From: Octopus vulgaris
Taxonomy: Eukaryota
DNA: 64,000 bases
Reading direction: 5' to 3'
Assembly: GCA_951406725.2 (NCBI GenBank)
Contig: OX597814.1
Location: 19,716,001-19,780,000, forward strand
Shown: positions 12,290 through 26,330 of the stretch, piece after piece
Position numbering within the stretch: position 1 is the stretch's first letter
Layout of the letters: every line of letters begins with the position of its first letter
The notes under the pieces: model-generated
The model's database searches: none
Told to the model about the DNA's origin: nothing
The model's input: the letters and a program-made list of their open reading frames with translations, nothing else
Translations under genes and position numbers: made by a program

Positions 12290-14978
12290 TAGCATACTAT
12301 TGACCATAATTCTCTTCAATTTTGAAGGCCCATGGCTCACTGGTTAGAGCGTTAGGCCGGACCGGGCTGTGTTCTCGAGTAATACACTTTATTTCACGTT
12401 ACTCCTGCTCTCTCTGCTGTAGAAATGAGTAGCGATGTCACTGGTGCCAAACTGTATCAGCCTTTGCCTTTCCCTTGGATAAAATCGGTGGCGTGGGTAG
12501 GAGAGGCCGCTATGCATGGGTGACCGCTGGTCTCCTATAAACAATCTTGACTGGACTTGTGCCCCGGAGGGTAACTTTCTAGGTGCAATTCTATGGTCAT
12601 TCATGACAGAAAGAGCTCATTACCCTTTCTCTTCAATTAAAATTGACCAGTATCCACCACAAAATTTTCGACTATTGTTTATTTTTCAGAAATTTAAGAT
12701 TTTTCATCTACATATTTCTCAGTTAATTGACCCCAAAATATTTTTGTTATCCCAAAAATTAAACACTAAGTTAACCCCGCTCGCTGGAATTGTAACATAT
12801 TAGATAATGTAATCCAGATATTTCTAAAACGTGAGATTTTCATGACTAGATTGTCTATGATCATAGATCTAATCGATTAGGGATCACTTGAAATTAAACA
12901 AAAAGCAATAAGCATTTCTCAATACAGGAACTTGCTGTCCTGCGGTATCTCGTTTCATTCCTACCATTTCAAAAATGTTGTGGAATTCTTCAAAAAATTT
13001 TGTAAGTAAAATAAGTTTGCTTGGTTGGAGTATGGAATGAAAACATATAATGTTTCAGAACCAAGACCTCAGGTGGGGTGGTCATGAAGTGATCAGTAGA
13101 AGTGGATAAGTAAAATATGTACATCTAGAAAGTGGAAGAGGATGTAATTTCAATGAATGAGGGATATAGAAAGTGAGGTGTTGCCCTGTGAGAGAGGAGA
13201 GGTGGGAGTAGAATTCTGCGTTTTACCTTCAGAATTCTAAACTCATTTTGCATAATTATGTAATTACATATTTTTATCCATTCAAAAACACGTAAAAACT
13301 GTTAAACTCCCTTTCGATTTAATCATTGAGGTGTTAAAAGTTTCGTTGCACCACTGCTACTTGCTTGCTGGCGTAGTTCCACTGCAACTGTTTGAACGTT
13401 AGTTAAGGGCAAGTCCATAAAAACCTCAGTCGTTTTTCTTTTCAAACTTCAAGCATATGGGTCTGTTGTATGTATCCTTGTTACAGTTCTCCTCTTGTAA
13501 AAATAAGTACAGCTCGAAACATGATTAACCCACACACGCATACACACACTAGTTATATCCACAAACTCACAGAAATAGCAAAAGCAGATTTGATCGAATT
13601 TCAAACTGACCTCATCACAACGAAGCATCTGACTATTCTAATCAAGTTCGCACATATTTCATAAAGTCACTTTTAAAAATCTATAAATCAAATCCGTAAG
13701 ACATTTATGAGAAACTTCTACAATTTCATATTCTAAGTATCACATATGATCCTATGACCTCATCGTCAACCCATACAGTCCAATTTCGTTTAACTAATGT
13801 TTGTTCGTTACCGTGCTGTTTTGTGTTACTTAGTAACATTCTGAAAAGTCTGTCTAAAACATTTAATAACAATCATACGACCTGTTAAAAATAGCTGCAG
13901 AATCTTCCTCAAATCACGTCTTACTGTCTTTAAAACAAAGATGGAATGCTTTGCATAATGTACGTCCTGATATGATAAAAGAAATCGGAATATCACAGCT
14001 GGAACCCGTACAGTCGCATTGAAATGTGGCTACCCAACAACGAAAACTTAATCAAAGTAGAAACTCTTATAAATCTCTTGCACCTGAGTAAAATATTAAA
14101 GGAACCAGTGGGTAAGCCTCTTTGTAGTCGCTATATGTATTAAAACTAGCAGTTAAATCTCCCACAAAACATATCCGATTCTATCTTTAAATAATGAAGA
14201 AGCCATAAGATAATATGAAAGAAAAGAAGACTAGAATGCCTTTTATTATAGATTTCCTTAAATCAGCTCTAACCAGGAATTATAGGACAGCAAGAAAAGG
14301 AAGCCTCAAAGCATCTCCATTTTCCTCAATGTTGAAGAAATTTGTATTAGGCAGAAGTAGCCTGAAGAACTTTCAGTATTGTATAGTTGAATCGTTTCGA
14401 AGTGAAGCCTTGTTTTAATTCGGTAAGAGAAAATTTGTACTCACCACTGGGAAGTAGTTAGCACCGCTCTCTCCAAATTTGCAGGACACCAAGTCAGAAA
14501 GATCTACACGCCCACGTGCTACATACTACAGGTGACACTAGCAATCATGTAGTTATCCTATGCAATCCAGTTTTGTTTAAGGTCGAGGATTTGTTACCAA
14601 AGGAAAACAAAAGGCCTATTAAAAGACAGCTTTTAATCTAGTTCTCTGCACTATAAATTTAACGAGATCAACAACTATATATATATAGTTTTAACGAGAT
14701 CAACAATTATATATATATATATAGTTTTATATATATATATATAGCTTTGATATTGGGCACAAGAATGTTGGTTAACCATGGCTCAGATATAAGGACAAGC
14801 TGAAGATTAACCTCTTAGAAATAAAGATATCTCACAACAAACACCTTTGAGCGAACAGCCTTGGAGCTAACAAAATGGATATCGTTGTGTCACCAGCATG
14901 AACAGACTTCGGGGTGCAAGGCAAAGGAGAAAAGTGGCACTAGTACTGACTTGTAATTCTCATACACAATAGAGCAGA

Positions 14979-15505
14979 CAGGATGGACAATTTTGGAAAA
15001 TTCACAAAATCATTAATTTTAGGCTGCAAACTAATTTTATTGACATCAATGTGTTCATACTGAATTAGCATTTGTCAAAATCAAGTGTGAAAGCATCATC
15101 CATTATATTGTGTCCGTTTTCATTGATGCATTTCTGAAGGCGTTCTTGGAAGTTGGCCTCCACTCTCTCCAGTATTGCTCGGTCGATTTGGGCCACTTTC
15201 ACGCGAATAGCTTCCTTCAAATCGTCCAGTGTACGGGGCTTATGCACATAGACACGTGCTTTGCGGTTTCCCCACAAGAAATAATCATACATGGAGAAAT
15301 CAGGGGGCTGAGGGGGCGAAAGGATATCAGCAAACCTGGAAATGAGGCAGTCGCCGAAGAGAGGGCGAAGAACGTCCATTGATGCTCTGGCTGTGTGAGC
15401 CGTTGCCCAGTCCTACTAAAACCACACCCGTCGAAAAGACATACGTTTTCGTCGTAATTCAGGCACAAAGAAGTTGTTTATCATCTTGATGTAACACTCA
15501 GAGTA
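14979..15505 (-). mobile_element. Tc1/mariner-superfamily transposase 3' fragment (rosa/DD41D-like)
   Basis: WF*QDWATAHTA...SPPQPPDFSMYDYFLWG...VYVHKPRTLDDLKEAI...RLQKCINENG, degenerate. Confidence 0.75.
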
Positions 15506-15597
15506 ATACTAATAAATATCTGTAAATATAAAACCAGCCAGATTTCTGAGTAACTCATTTCTTCTAATATATAATACCTGCACATCATCTCCAAACC

Positions 15598-15647
<50 letters not shown>

Positions 15648-15701
15648 ATATTTATATATATATATACATACATACATATATATATATACATACATACATA
15701 A

Positions 15702-15773
<72 letters not shown>

Positions 15774-15811
15774 ATATATACATACATATATATATATACA
15801 TACATACATAA

Positions 15812-15872
<61 letters not shown>

Positions 15873-15877
<5 letters not shown>

Positions 15878-16340
15878 TGCGTCCAAAAAGTATCCGGGGT
15901 TTTTTTCCCTGCCAAAGCTAATGCCACGTGGACAAAATCCTCTGGGTGTAAGTTGACACCACTGTCTCTGCGATGCGGGAAAACTTTCGCGCCAGTACGC
16001 CGCGTCTGTTCGAACCTGTAACGCCTAGAATGTCGTAATCGCTCATCGGATTTTCGTTTTCATCGAATGCATCGAGCACAGATATTATGTGAATCTTTGT
16101 CAAAAGGTTGGTGATACTCAAGCTCAAAGAATCCAGAAGATTCAACAGGCCTTTGGCGATGATGCCATGGACAAAACGCTGACGCAGGCCATCCACAAGC
16201 CAAGATGAGGAGTCGATTGATAAGGTCGGGCTAGTAGTCATGGAAGACCGTCGTGTAACAATCCAGGAAATTACTCACGAAATGGGAACAAGCACAAGAT
16301 CAGTTCATTCTGTTTTAAGGTAAGAATTATGTATGCGAAC
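15873..16340 (+). mobile_element. Mariner 5' fragment
   Basis: TIR-like tcagatgcgtccaaaaagtatccgg after TA. Degenerate N-terminal and HTH coding remnants (EHRYYVNLCQKVG..., EDRRVTIQEITHEMGTS). Confidence 0.7.
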
Positions 16341-17214
16341 CGATGAGAGAGAGAGAGAGCATCTATAACTTGACTTGCTAGAAATAGGAATAGAGATATA
16401 CAAGTTTTCGTAATATCTTAAACAAGGAAGGGCATATTGGACAATGTAGTGTTGTCCGTTTCAAATATATTCTTGCTACCAAAGGCGTTCTATTATTAAC
16501 TACTCCGTACCACTTCTGTGTCTCATTTACAGTTCCTTCAAGGCAAATTTCAATGTCTGTTCTATTCCTCTACAGAATAAAATCATAAACACGATTCAAT
16601 TCTCTCTTACTGTTTCCTATTCGACTTTTCAGAGAGAAAGTCATTGGTTATATAATTTTTTCTGACGATGTCTATAATGCCGAGAAACACTGGGTATTTC
16701 TCCACAAGTATTGTAGATCATTTTTTATCCCAGTCTATTAAATTTTATCCTCCTGTGTTCTTTTTTTTTCCTCTTCAAGCCCGTTCTATTCTATTTTCCA
16801 TCCATTATTCTCGTCCTCGTATTATCGATAGCGTCGTTGAGGTACAGTCTTCCTTGGGATTTTATAAAGAAGCAATCGTCATTACAGTACGAGGCTGCTG
16901 GACTATCAAGCGTGACCAATTGAGACTACGGATATTATCCAACCATTCCGTTCTTGTTCAGCTCGAGGTGTTCTGCCTATAGGCAGATTCATCGGTTGAA
17001 GAATCTGCTTGTTGGCGGATTCTTCGGCTTGAAGAATCCGTCTTGCAATTCTTTACTCTGACATTCTGGTCACATAGCCGTAGTATCGGACTTGTGACTT
17101 TTCAATGCGGAGAAATACCCAGTGTTTCTCGGCTTTATAGACATCGCCAGAAAAAATTTGATACAAAGCTGTCAGTGACAACTTTAAATTAGCATTCAAT
17201 TTTATATCGTATTG

Positions 17215-17340
17215 TATTGTATTGTATAATATTGTATTATATTATATTATATTATATTATATTATATTATATTATATTATATTATATTATATTATATTAT
17301 ATTATATCATATGATATTATATTATATTATATCATATTAT
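17215..17340. repeat. (ATATT)n pentanucleotide microsatellite
   Basis: Direct observation. It continues at 18115-18172, with a degenerate (ATTCT)-like tract at about 18380-18770. Confidence 0.9.
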
Positions 17341-17341
17341 A

Positions 17342-17893
17342 CGAGCAAAACGTCCCCCGTTCAATGGACGGTGCTGAGTTGTCAAACATTTAAACCAAAT
17401 TTTCTCAAAACAACTTGTTCGCCCGTCCCATAGGCCTCCCCTTTGAGAAACACTGATTTAACCTTAAATTTGAGACACCAGCAAAAGAAGAAATAAAGAC
17501 AGACTTTTTTCTATTCCAATGAAAAACGATTTTATTCACACAAATATGCAACCGAAGAGTTTAAAGTACCAGTAATGATAAGGCTGTTGACTGGGAGAAC
17601 ACAAACATGGTTTAAACAGTAAGCTTGGAAGGAAAGAAACGTGCCTTTAAGCAGAACAAAAACAACAAAAAATAGAAGGTGCAGTTATGTACAGGTTGAG
17701 GGAAGAAAAAAGGACAAAAACGACTTTATCGATCGCATTCTCACCTGGAATCGATTTTTGTAATTTTTTCAAGACTTATACACGCCCTGATACCGTCGGT
17801 ATCTACGTATAAAATTTGAGCGCAATCGGATGGAGGATGCCCGAGATCCTAGAAGACACACACAGACAGACAGAACGGATTTTATACGATAGA
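17342..17893 (-). mobile_element. Non-autonomous Helitron
   Basis: On the minus strand: A|TC start, (TGTC)n near the 5' end, 3' hairpin ccgtccattgaacgg, then CTCG|T (degenerate CTAG). Confidence 0.6.
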
Positions 17894-19257
17894 TTATACT
17901 AAAGCGGTGAGTTAGCAGAATCGTTAACATGCCGGTAAAATGCTCAGCAACATTTCTTCCGGCTTTGCGTTCTGAGTTCAATTGCAGTCGCAGTCGACTT
18001 TATCTTTCATGCTCTCGGGGTCGATGAAGTAAGTACCAGTTGCACACTGGGGTGGATGTAATTGACTTAGTCCCTCCCCTAAAATTTCAGGTCTTGTGCC
18101 TATGATATAAAGGATTATATTATATTATATTATATTATATTATATTATATTATATTATATTATATTATATTATAATAGTTTTCAGTATATCATACTTAAT
18201 GTAAATGCATTGTTGAAAGGCAATCTACTGCGCCATTCATCAAGAGATAACAACATGTCCCTAAAAACTGATATCTCTGGACGAATACTGTAATAAATTG
18301 CTCTTCAACGATGTATTAAGATCAAATATGATACATAGATGGCTATTAATTTAATTCTGTCCCTATTGCATATAACGGATGTTATATTATATCATATAAT
18401 ATTATATCCTAACATGTTATATCAAATCATATTATATTGCATTACATTATATTATATATACTAAAATATTCTATGGTAAGCTGTTTCATTCTTATAATCT
18501 CCTAATCTATTTTATGATATCCCATTCTATCCTATTCTGTCTTCTATTCCATTCTATCCTCTCCGATTCTATCCTATTCAGGTCTATATAATCCTAATGT
18601 ATTCTCTTCTACTCTGATATAGTATTTTCTCTCCTAATCTCTCTTCTATTCTATCATTTCCTTTTACATACTAATACAGTCTGTTATAATTTATCATATC
18701 TTATTCTATTCTACTCTTTTCCATTCAGTTTTGTTCTACCCTATTCTGTTGTGTTCTGTTGTATTCCATCCTTTATTCGAGAATATAAACATACATGCTT
18801 CTCTTGTGAAATTGCCACGTCAAGATTTGGAATCTTGGTTAACAGCCCAAACTAACATACTTGGAGAAGACTACAATGACATCGCCTCATTTAACCCTCT
18901 ACTTACCGTTTTCCAGCTACATCGTATCCCTGCAAGACATATACAGAATGTACATATTTATGTAATGTAACGGCTCTCTTACTTTCCTCATCTCCACCGT
19001 TCAGCTATTCAAATAAATCTGAAAGTTACGTCATAATCTCTTTATACAGAAGAATGGTGAGTTCCAAAATGATTGGTGGACTCGGTGTGAGAGGTAAATA
19101 AACTCTAAACTTCTAAGTCTTTTAGACATATATCCAATTGGCAGCAATTGTAAAAGCGATACCAATAATTCTCTCTTCTTCACTTTCTCTCTCTGTCTCT
19201 CTCTTCTTCACTCTTTCTCTTCTTCTCTTTCACTCTGTCTCTTTCTCTCACATTTTC

Positions 19258-19312
<55 letters not shown>

Positions 19313-19449
19313 GTCTATCTATTTATCAATCTATTTCTCTCTTTCTCACTCTCTCTCTCCGCCCATCTTTATATATCTATCTATCTGTCTATCTTTATAT
19401 ATCTATCTATATATCTATATATATCTATCATCTTTATCTATCTATCTAG

Positions 19450-19571
<122 letters not shown>

Positions 19572-19911
19572 GTCTGCCTGCCTCACAATCCAGATCAGAT
19601 TCTGTATTGTTTTGCTTCTGTTTCTGCTTTTCATTCCTGCCCTAAGTAGAAATTATCATAAACGTTTATTGATCTTATCAAAATTTTCTCATAATTTTAC
19701 GAGACATGAATCTGTGATGCTTATACATCTACGTACAAGAGCAACAAAAATTTATTCAAAATATTACATGTCTCGCTGCGGTCAACTTCACTTTTCATTT
19801 AGTACTGACGCCAATTTAACCGACTAACAACCGTCACAAAAATATCAGGCCTTGTTAGAGGCTTGGCAAATAAAACTAGGTGAGATGATAAAATCAGTAG
19901 AGCGTCGGACT

Positions 19912-21540
19912 ACGAGGTCAGTAAATAAAGTAATAAGACTAATCTCATAGCATTTGATCTGGCCATACTACGGGGTTCCTCTTTACGGTGTTACCAGATC
20001 AACGTCCCCTATAACTTCAGTTCAAGCAGCAACCACATGGTTTTAACGCGTGAACAGTGAGTGCACGTTTTACGAAGTGGTTTTGTTTTGTGTGTCCTGA
20101 AAATGAGCGAGTACAGTTACGAGCAACCCCTAACGACCAAGTTTTGTTTCAAACTCGGACACAGCGCCACTGAAACTTGGGCAAGATTTCAACTGGCTTA
20201 CAGGAAGACTACTTTTTCAAGAGCAGAGGTTTTCAAGTGGTTCAAAGCATTTTAGAAGTTCGAGAATCCGTTGAAGATGACCCTCGTTCAGGACGGCCAT
20301 CAACTTCAAGAAATGACGAAAATGTAGAATTAATCAGAGACTTCCTGTGATCTGCCGTCGGTTAACCTCAGAGAGATTGCAGAGAAGCTGAATTTGAACC
20401 ACATTACTGTTCATCACGTTTAGACCCACCAGTCAAGTTTAGACTCAAAAATCTCACTGCTAAGCAAAAAGGCTACAGGAAAGAAGTGTGCTTTGGTCTT
20501 CTCGAACGGATTGAAAATGACCCAGGTAGTATTGTGTATAGTTGGGGTGGCAATGACTAGCTCAATTCGCTGGTTACCACATTTGTTGCCAAAGATGAAT
20601 GTGGATTATTTTCAGATTCTTGCTCAGTTTCTTTCTCCTAATAGATTCTCTAAACTTTCTCCAAACTCAAAAACCAGCTACTATGATTTTCTGCGCCGAT
20701 CGCTGGCTTTGAACTTCTTAGAACTTAGAGAAGAATTATTACGCCATTCTATGAACTAAGCCTTTGTTTCAGTGTCATAAAGATACGACCATATTTAATT
20801 TCATTTCACTAGGTCGGGGATGGAGACGTATCTTCATTGACCTCAAGCACTTCCAAAACATCAGAGCAGTCTTTCAACATTCTTTCCTTTAAATCAGATG
20901 TCAGTAGCCAAGTTGACACTTTTAATCTGCAACTTTTAATCTCGGAAAGAAAGAAGTTACACGGGCTCATGTCAGGCGAATACGGAGGCTGAAGGACAAC
21001 AGGGATGCTTTTCCGTGCTCCGAACCCTGTAATCGAAGGCGCCGTGTGACAAAGCGCATTGTCGTGATGCAGCATCCAGATATCTTTTGATGTTTGGCCT
21101 CACGCGAGCAACCCGTTTCCTCAGCCTTTCAAAAACCTTACGGTAAAAATGCTGATTGACCTTGAGGCATGGATTCTTTATAGACGACTCAGATTTACTC
21201 GTTTTCGTTATTTTTTGGCTGCGGTGAGTTTGCAGTTCGCCACTTCTAACTTTTGCGTTTTTTTTCGGTGTCGTATTCAAAAATCCATGATTCCTCACCC
21301 ATTTTTCATGCATTTTCCGATATCCAAGGTTTTCCAATGCCTATAATTCCTTTCGATCATAGTCCAGTTGTGCTACAATCTCGAGGATCGTGTCTGCACC
21401 AATCAATTCGTCCTATTCACTGGCAATTCGCATCAAAGGTTGCAGTCGATGATCTCCCACTATAGGGTTCATTTTCAACGCTGGTTTCCCCTTAATTAGG
21501 TTCTTCAAATATCTTTATCCACTTACGCACAAAAATAATC
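19912..21540. mobile_element. Cluster of rearranged mariner fragments (+ 19912-20525; - 20530-21540)
   Basis: TIR-like tacgaggtcagtaaataaag and MSEYSYEQ...KFCFKLGHSATET...VFKWFKAF...EDDPRSGRP on +. LHHDNALCHT...QPPYSPDMSPCNFF and YLYDTETK on -. Confidence 0.8.
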
Positions 21541-21764
21541 CCGTCGTTGTATGTGTGTATGAGTACGTGTCTTTGTGTTTGTCTCCCAACAACATTGGAC
21601 AACCGATGTTGATTTGTTTACGGCCCCGTAAACCAAGCGGTTCTGCAAGAGAGGCTGTTAAGATAAGTACCAGATTTTAACAAAAAACTACTGGGATGGA
21701 TTTGCTCGGCTAAACTCTGGAAGGCAGTGTCTCAATATATGAAACAAATAAAGGATAAAAGACC

Positions 21765-21846
<82 letters not shown>

Positions 21847-21945
21847 AGACATACATATAAGTCTATGCTTACAACCATGCATACATACATGTATATCTAT
21901 TAATCTATGTGTATGTATTTATGTGTTAATGGATGTATATATACG

Positions 21946-23207
21946 TACAAGAGTAAGTCAAAGATTATACGTACTCTTGCTTCTGAAATTTATTAAAAGA
22001 AAACCAAGGGTTGAACAGTTACATCATTTTCCGATAAAGTCTCCTTGCATATCGTTGCATTTCTTCCAACGGTTCACAAGCTTGCTTATTCCATCGGTGT
22101 AAAACATATTTTTGGTTGGTCACGCAACCATTTAAGCACCATTTCTCGCGCTTCTTTGTCCGTAGCAAATCAACGACCTCGTAAAGGATGTGTGAGTGGT
22201 CAAAAGAGATGACAGTTGGCAAGGACGAGATCTGGACTGTATGCAGAATGTTTCAGCAACTCGAAACCTAATTTTTCAATGGCCTCAACCATGTGGGTAG
22301 CCACATATGGACATGCGTTGGCCTGCAGTAATAACATTTGTTTTGACAATAGACTTCTGTGTTTAGTGTGAATTGTTGGTTTTGGTTTGTTGGCCAGCAT
22401 TTCACTGTAGCCTACACTGGTAACGCCAAACCTCTTTTCTAGGTAATGCTCCAGTATAGGCCCATTTGCATCCCCCCCCCCCAAACGGTTATCATCGCTT
22501 TTTCTGTGAAGGTTGAATTCTGAATTTCCTTTTCGCTGGCGATACCGGGTGTTTCCACTCCATACTCTACCTTTTGGATTCTGGCTCAAAGTGATGTATC
22601 CAAATATCTTCTATGACTTCTCTCTCAGAAAACACGCTTTGCTTTCATTGAATGTCGATTAAGCCTTGACAGCTCTCCACACGAATGCGCTTATGCGCTT
22701 CGGTAAGCTCTCTTGGCGCCCATTTGTACAGACTTTACGGAAAGGAAGCTTGTTGTGGATTATTTCGTATGCAGAACCATGACAAATTTGCAGCGAACAT
22801 ACTGCAAATGGTCACTAGTCGGTTCACCAGAACCATCTCTCGAGATTGTTGAATCTTCACATCAGTGGTGAAGGTTGACGGATGTCCTCCCATTTTTTCG
22901 TACTTCCCCCTGCCTAGCCATTTAAAAAATTCCCGATCCACTCATACGCGGTAGCAAGCCGTACCCGTATTGTATTAAAACCTGCGATGAATTTCAGCCC
23001 CTGACACAACTTCAGAACTGAGAAATCGGGCAATTGATCTTTGTTTCTTCCTTAGTGCACACTGCCAGCAGAACACCCACGCTTAGTCTATAACACAAGA
23101 AGGAAAACTGGAACGATCAAGGTCTAACCTCTGTTACGTAGTCATAAGAGTACCAACTTTTATTCACACTTTAACGAAAGTGTGATTAATTTTTGATTTC
23201 TCCTAGT
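21946..23207 (-). mobile_element. Degenerate near-full-length mariner
   Basis: Diverged TIR-like ends about 1.26 kb apart. Peptides GPILEHYLEK, LLLQANACPY, LKHSAYSPDLV..CHLF and LVNRWKKC. Confidence 0.8.
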
Positions 23208-23261
23208 AACAATATATGCATATATACTTGCATACAATATATATATATATATATATATATA

Positions 23262-23741
23262 TTAGAGGGAAACCACTATGTGGACACCCTCACCCTCATT
23301 TGAAATTTAAAATTAAATTAATAAGTTCTCTAACCGGCAAAGGCCGCTGTAATAAAATATTATCTGCAGCATCAGTTTTTCCGGTAATTTACCGCGTCAA
23401 AACGAGGATATTTGAAATAGTAGCCACGAGTGTAATGGGTAGGACTGTTTTACAAGTCTGACTTTGTGTGGACGTCCTAGTATGCAATTCTGCAATATAT
23501 ATTCACCTTGGACGGTCGTACCGATGATCTACGGACAATTACGAAAGTTACGTAAGATTACGTAATTTGTTGACAGTGATATATGTATAGAATAATCCAT
23601 ATTTTCATTACTTTTTCTTTTGTCTTGCTCGATTACGTTTTGGTTGTTTTGCTAAATTTTTCTTGAGAACATTTCTTAGTGGTGAGACCGTAGCGGATCT
23701 ATTTCTAGCATTTGGGTGTCCACATAGTGGTTTCCCTCTAA
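23262..23741. mobile_element. 480-bp element with perfect 28-bp terminal inverted repeats in a (TA)n tract
   Basis: ttagagggaaaccactatgtggacaccc...gggtgtccacatagtggtttccctctaa. A related terminal motif occurs at 29421-29457(-) and 29926-29985(+). Either a MITE or a fold-back pLTR remnant. Confidence 0.75.
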
Positions 23742-23857
23742 TATATATATATATATAGATAATATAATTTTACTGAACCTTCAGGTTTTTTATGCTAGAC
23801 CACTGGTGTGAAATCGATGTTAATTAAATTAATATCTAATTTCTCACCCTCATTTGA

Positions 23858-23935
<78 letters not shown>

Positions 23936-24025
23936 TTGAAATTTATAGATAAACAAAAGATGAAGACAGGTGTATGGACAACAAGCAGGTGTATTAGTTT
24001 GACGCTCGGGTACATGAAAAAGTAT

Positions 24026-24058
24026 TTTACGTTTCGAGCCTACGCTCTTCAACAGAAA
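24026..24058 (-). ncRNA. Minimal hammerhead motif, one core substitution
   Basis: Minus strand TTT-CTGTTGA-A-GAGC-GTAG-GCTC-GAAA-CG-T-A-AAA (A6>U). Confidence 0.55.
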
Positions 24059-24410
24059 GGAATAAGAGTAAATAAACAGAGAAAGATTGAAAAGAAAAAA
24101 AAAACGAGAGAGAACGAAATATATATAGTTTAATGTTGCATTAAAATAATATCAGTAAAAACGTACTCCATCCAGTGAGAGATAAATATTATTTAATGTG
24201 CACGGTGTAAAGATAAGTCCCACTAATAGTTTCTTGCTGAGAAGACACGCAACTAGGTAGGTTTTCTTAACGTACTTTATGTCTCCAAGCAATATTCAGG
24301 CTTTGAGTACATGGTCTGTTCTATTTGAAAATCAGGACGCAGGTACATGAAAAATCACGAGAAAAAACGAGCAAGTTGATGCAAAATTCAGAAGAGTGTG
24401 TGTGTGTGTA

Positions 24411-24472
<62 letters not shown>

Positions 24473-24574
24473 AATTATTATTATTATCATAATTATTATT
24501 AATTTTATCATTATTATTATTATTATTATCATTATTATTATTATAAATTATTATTATTATTATTATTATTATAA

Positions 24575-24652
<78 letters not shown>

Positions 24653-24653
24653 A

Positions 24654-24728
<75 letters not shown>

Positions 24729-24744
24729 GTTATTATTATTACTT

Positions 24745-25224
24745 TTTTTTTCTTCTTTCAAATTTGCTTCCATTTCTTGCCGAGTGTCTTCCCGACTCCT
24801 AGGGCAAAGAAACTCATAGTATACATTGGTAGGCCATTAAACCAAACTCAATAGTTCGTTCATTTTTTTTTTTTAAGTTAAATTAAAATACATGAGCAGC
24901 AACAGTTCTCACATCGACAATGCTCTTCTCAATACGTGTGATGTACCAGTTAAGACAATCTTTTGCACTTCTTGCAGGGATGGTAAGCCAGGGATCATTC
25001 TCATATAATTTTCGGTTCCCTTCTTGATCATTCCTAGTGCTCCTACGATCACTGGTATTGTAACCGCCTTGAGATGCCACATTTTCTCAATTTCAATGAG
25101 TAGGTCTTTATATTTTCTGAGCTTGTCAAACTCTTTCGCTGAGATATTATGATCACAGGGGATGCTCATGTCGATCAATAAGCAAACTTTATTGTTTTGG
25201 TCTTTCACAACAATATCTGGTTTA

Positions 25225-25229
<5 letters not shown>
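24745..25229 (-). mobile_element. R4/Dong-like non-LTR retrotransposon 3' end (restriction-like endonuclease domain) inside (AAT)n
   Basis: KPDIVVKD...LLIDMSIP...EFDKLRKYKDL...IPVIVGALG matches the PD..D..K..KY motif of RLE elements. (AAT)n flanks both sides. Confidence 0.85.
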
Positions 25230-25303
<74 letters not shown>

Positions 25304-25426
25304 TATTATTATTATTATTAAGCAAGTAACTTGATCTGAAATCGTTTGCTGAAGCAAAAACAACTGCAGCGTTGAAGGTGTTTAGAAGCCATTTGAAAAA
25401 ACATAAAGCCGTTAGATTAACTTCAG

Positions 25427-25573
25427 CATTTAAATTTAATTTGCTTCAAAATATTTTCTTCGCTTTGAAACCGCGACCTATTCAATAACAAAACTTCAGC
25501 ACGAACTTTCGTCAGTGAACAGGTCGCGGTTTCAAAGCGACAAAAATATTTTGACACAGATTAAATTTAAATG
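25427..25573. repeat. Imperfect palindrome / fold-back element
   Basis: Arms of about 65 bp including aaaatatttt..cgctttgaaaccgcgacct / aggtcgcggtttcaaagcg..aaaatatttt. Confidence 0.8.
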
Positions 25574-25600
25574 AATCTAATAATTCCACCGTGCAATTGT

Positions 25601-25656
<56 letters not shown>

Positions 25657-26209
25657 TCAAAATAACCAACAAGGCTATACAGAGGTAATGCAGTACGATC
25701 GTTTCATGCGACTCCATTTAATTGAACATTTAATTGAATTATATGGATGATACCATACTAAATTCTGGTGCCTTTAACTTAAGTACCATATTCATCTGAA
25801 TCTAAATTTTACTGAATTTTGGCATCGTCTGGTTTTCTGTCCTTGTTTCGTATACAATCGATTCTTTTTCCAAGAAATCTAATGCTCGTAGCTTAGTTTT
25901 TCCTTGGAGCTGGCCGGATCGGAGCGATACCAGGATTAATCAGGCGAAATTGCTAAGATTATCCGGTTCCCAACTGAAGATTAGAGGCTTCGAATGACCC
26001 GTCTGTTTTTTTGTGTCGTCTCTTTGTGTGTTTTGCGTATTTGTCCCCTTTTGTAATTTTTATATATAATTTTTATACATATATTATTGCGGAGTAACGT
26101 ACCCCTTTCTTCTATATATATATATACATATACACACACATATATATATATACATATACATATACATATATAAACATATATACATATAATATATATATAT
26201 ATATATATC

Positions 26210-26267
<58 letters not shown>

Positions 26268-26330
26268 TATGCATATACATATTTAAACATATATACATAT
26301 AATATATATATATATCTACATATATATATA

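Noticed and set aside
16662-16700. CTGACGA...GAAAC HHR-like spacing
   Set aside because: No stem I or convincing stem II/III pairing.
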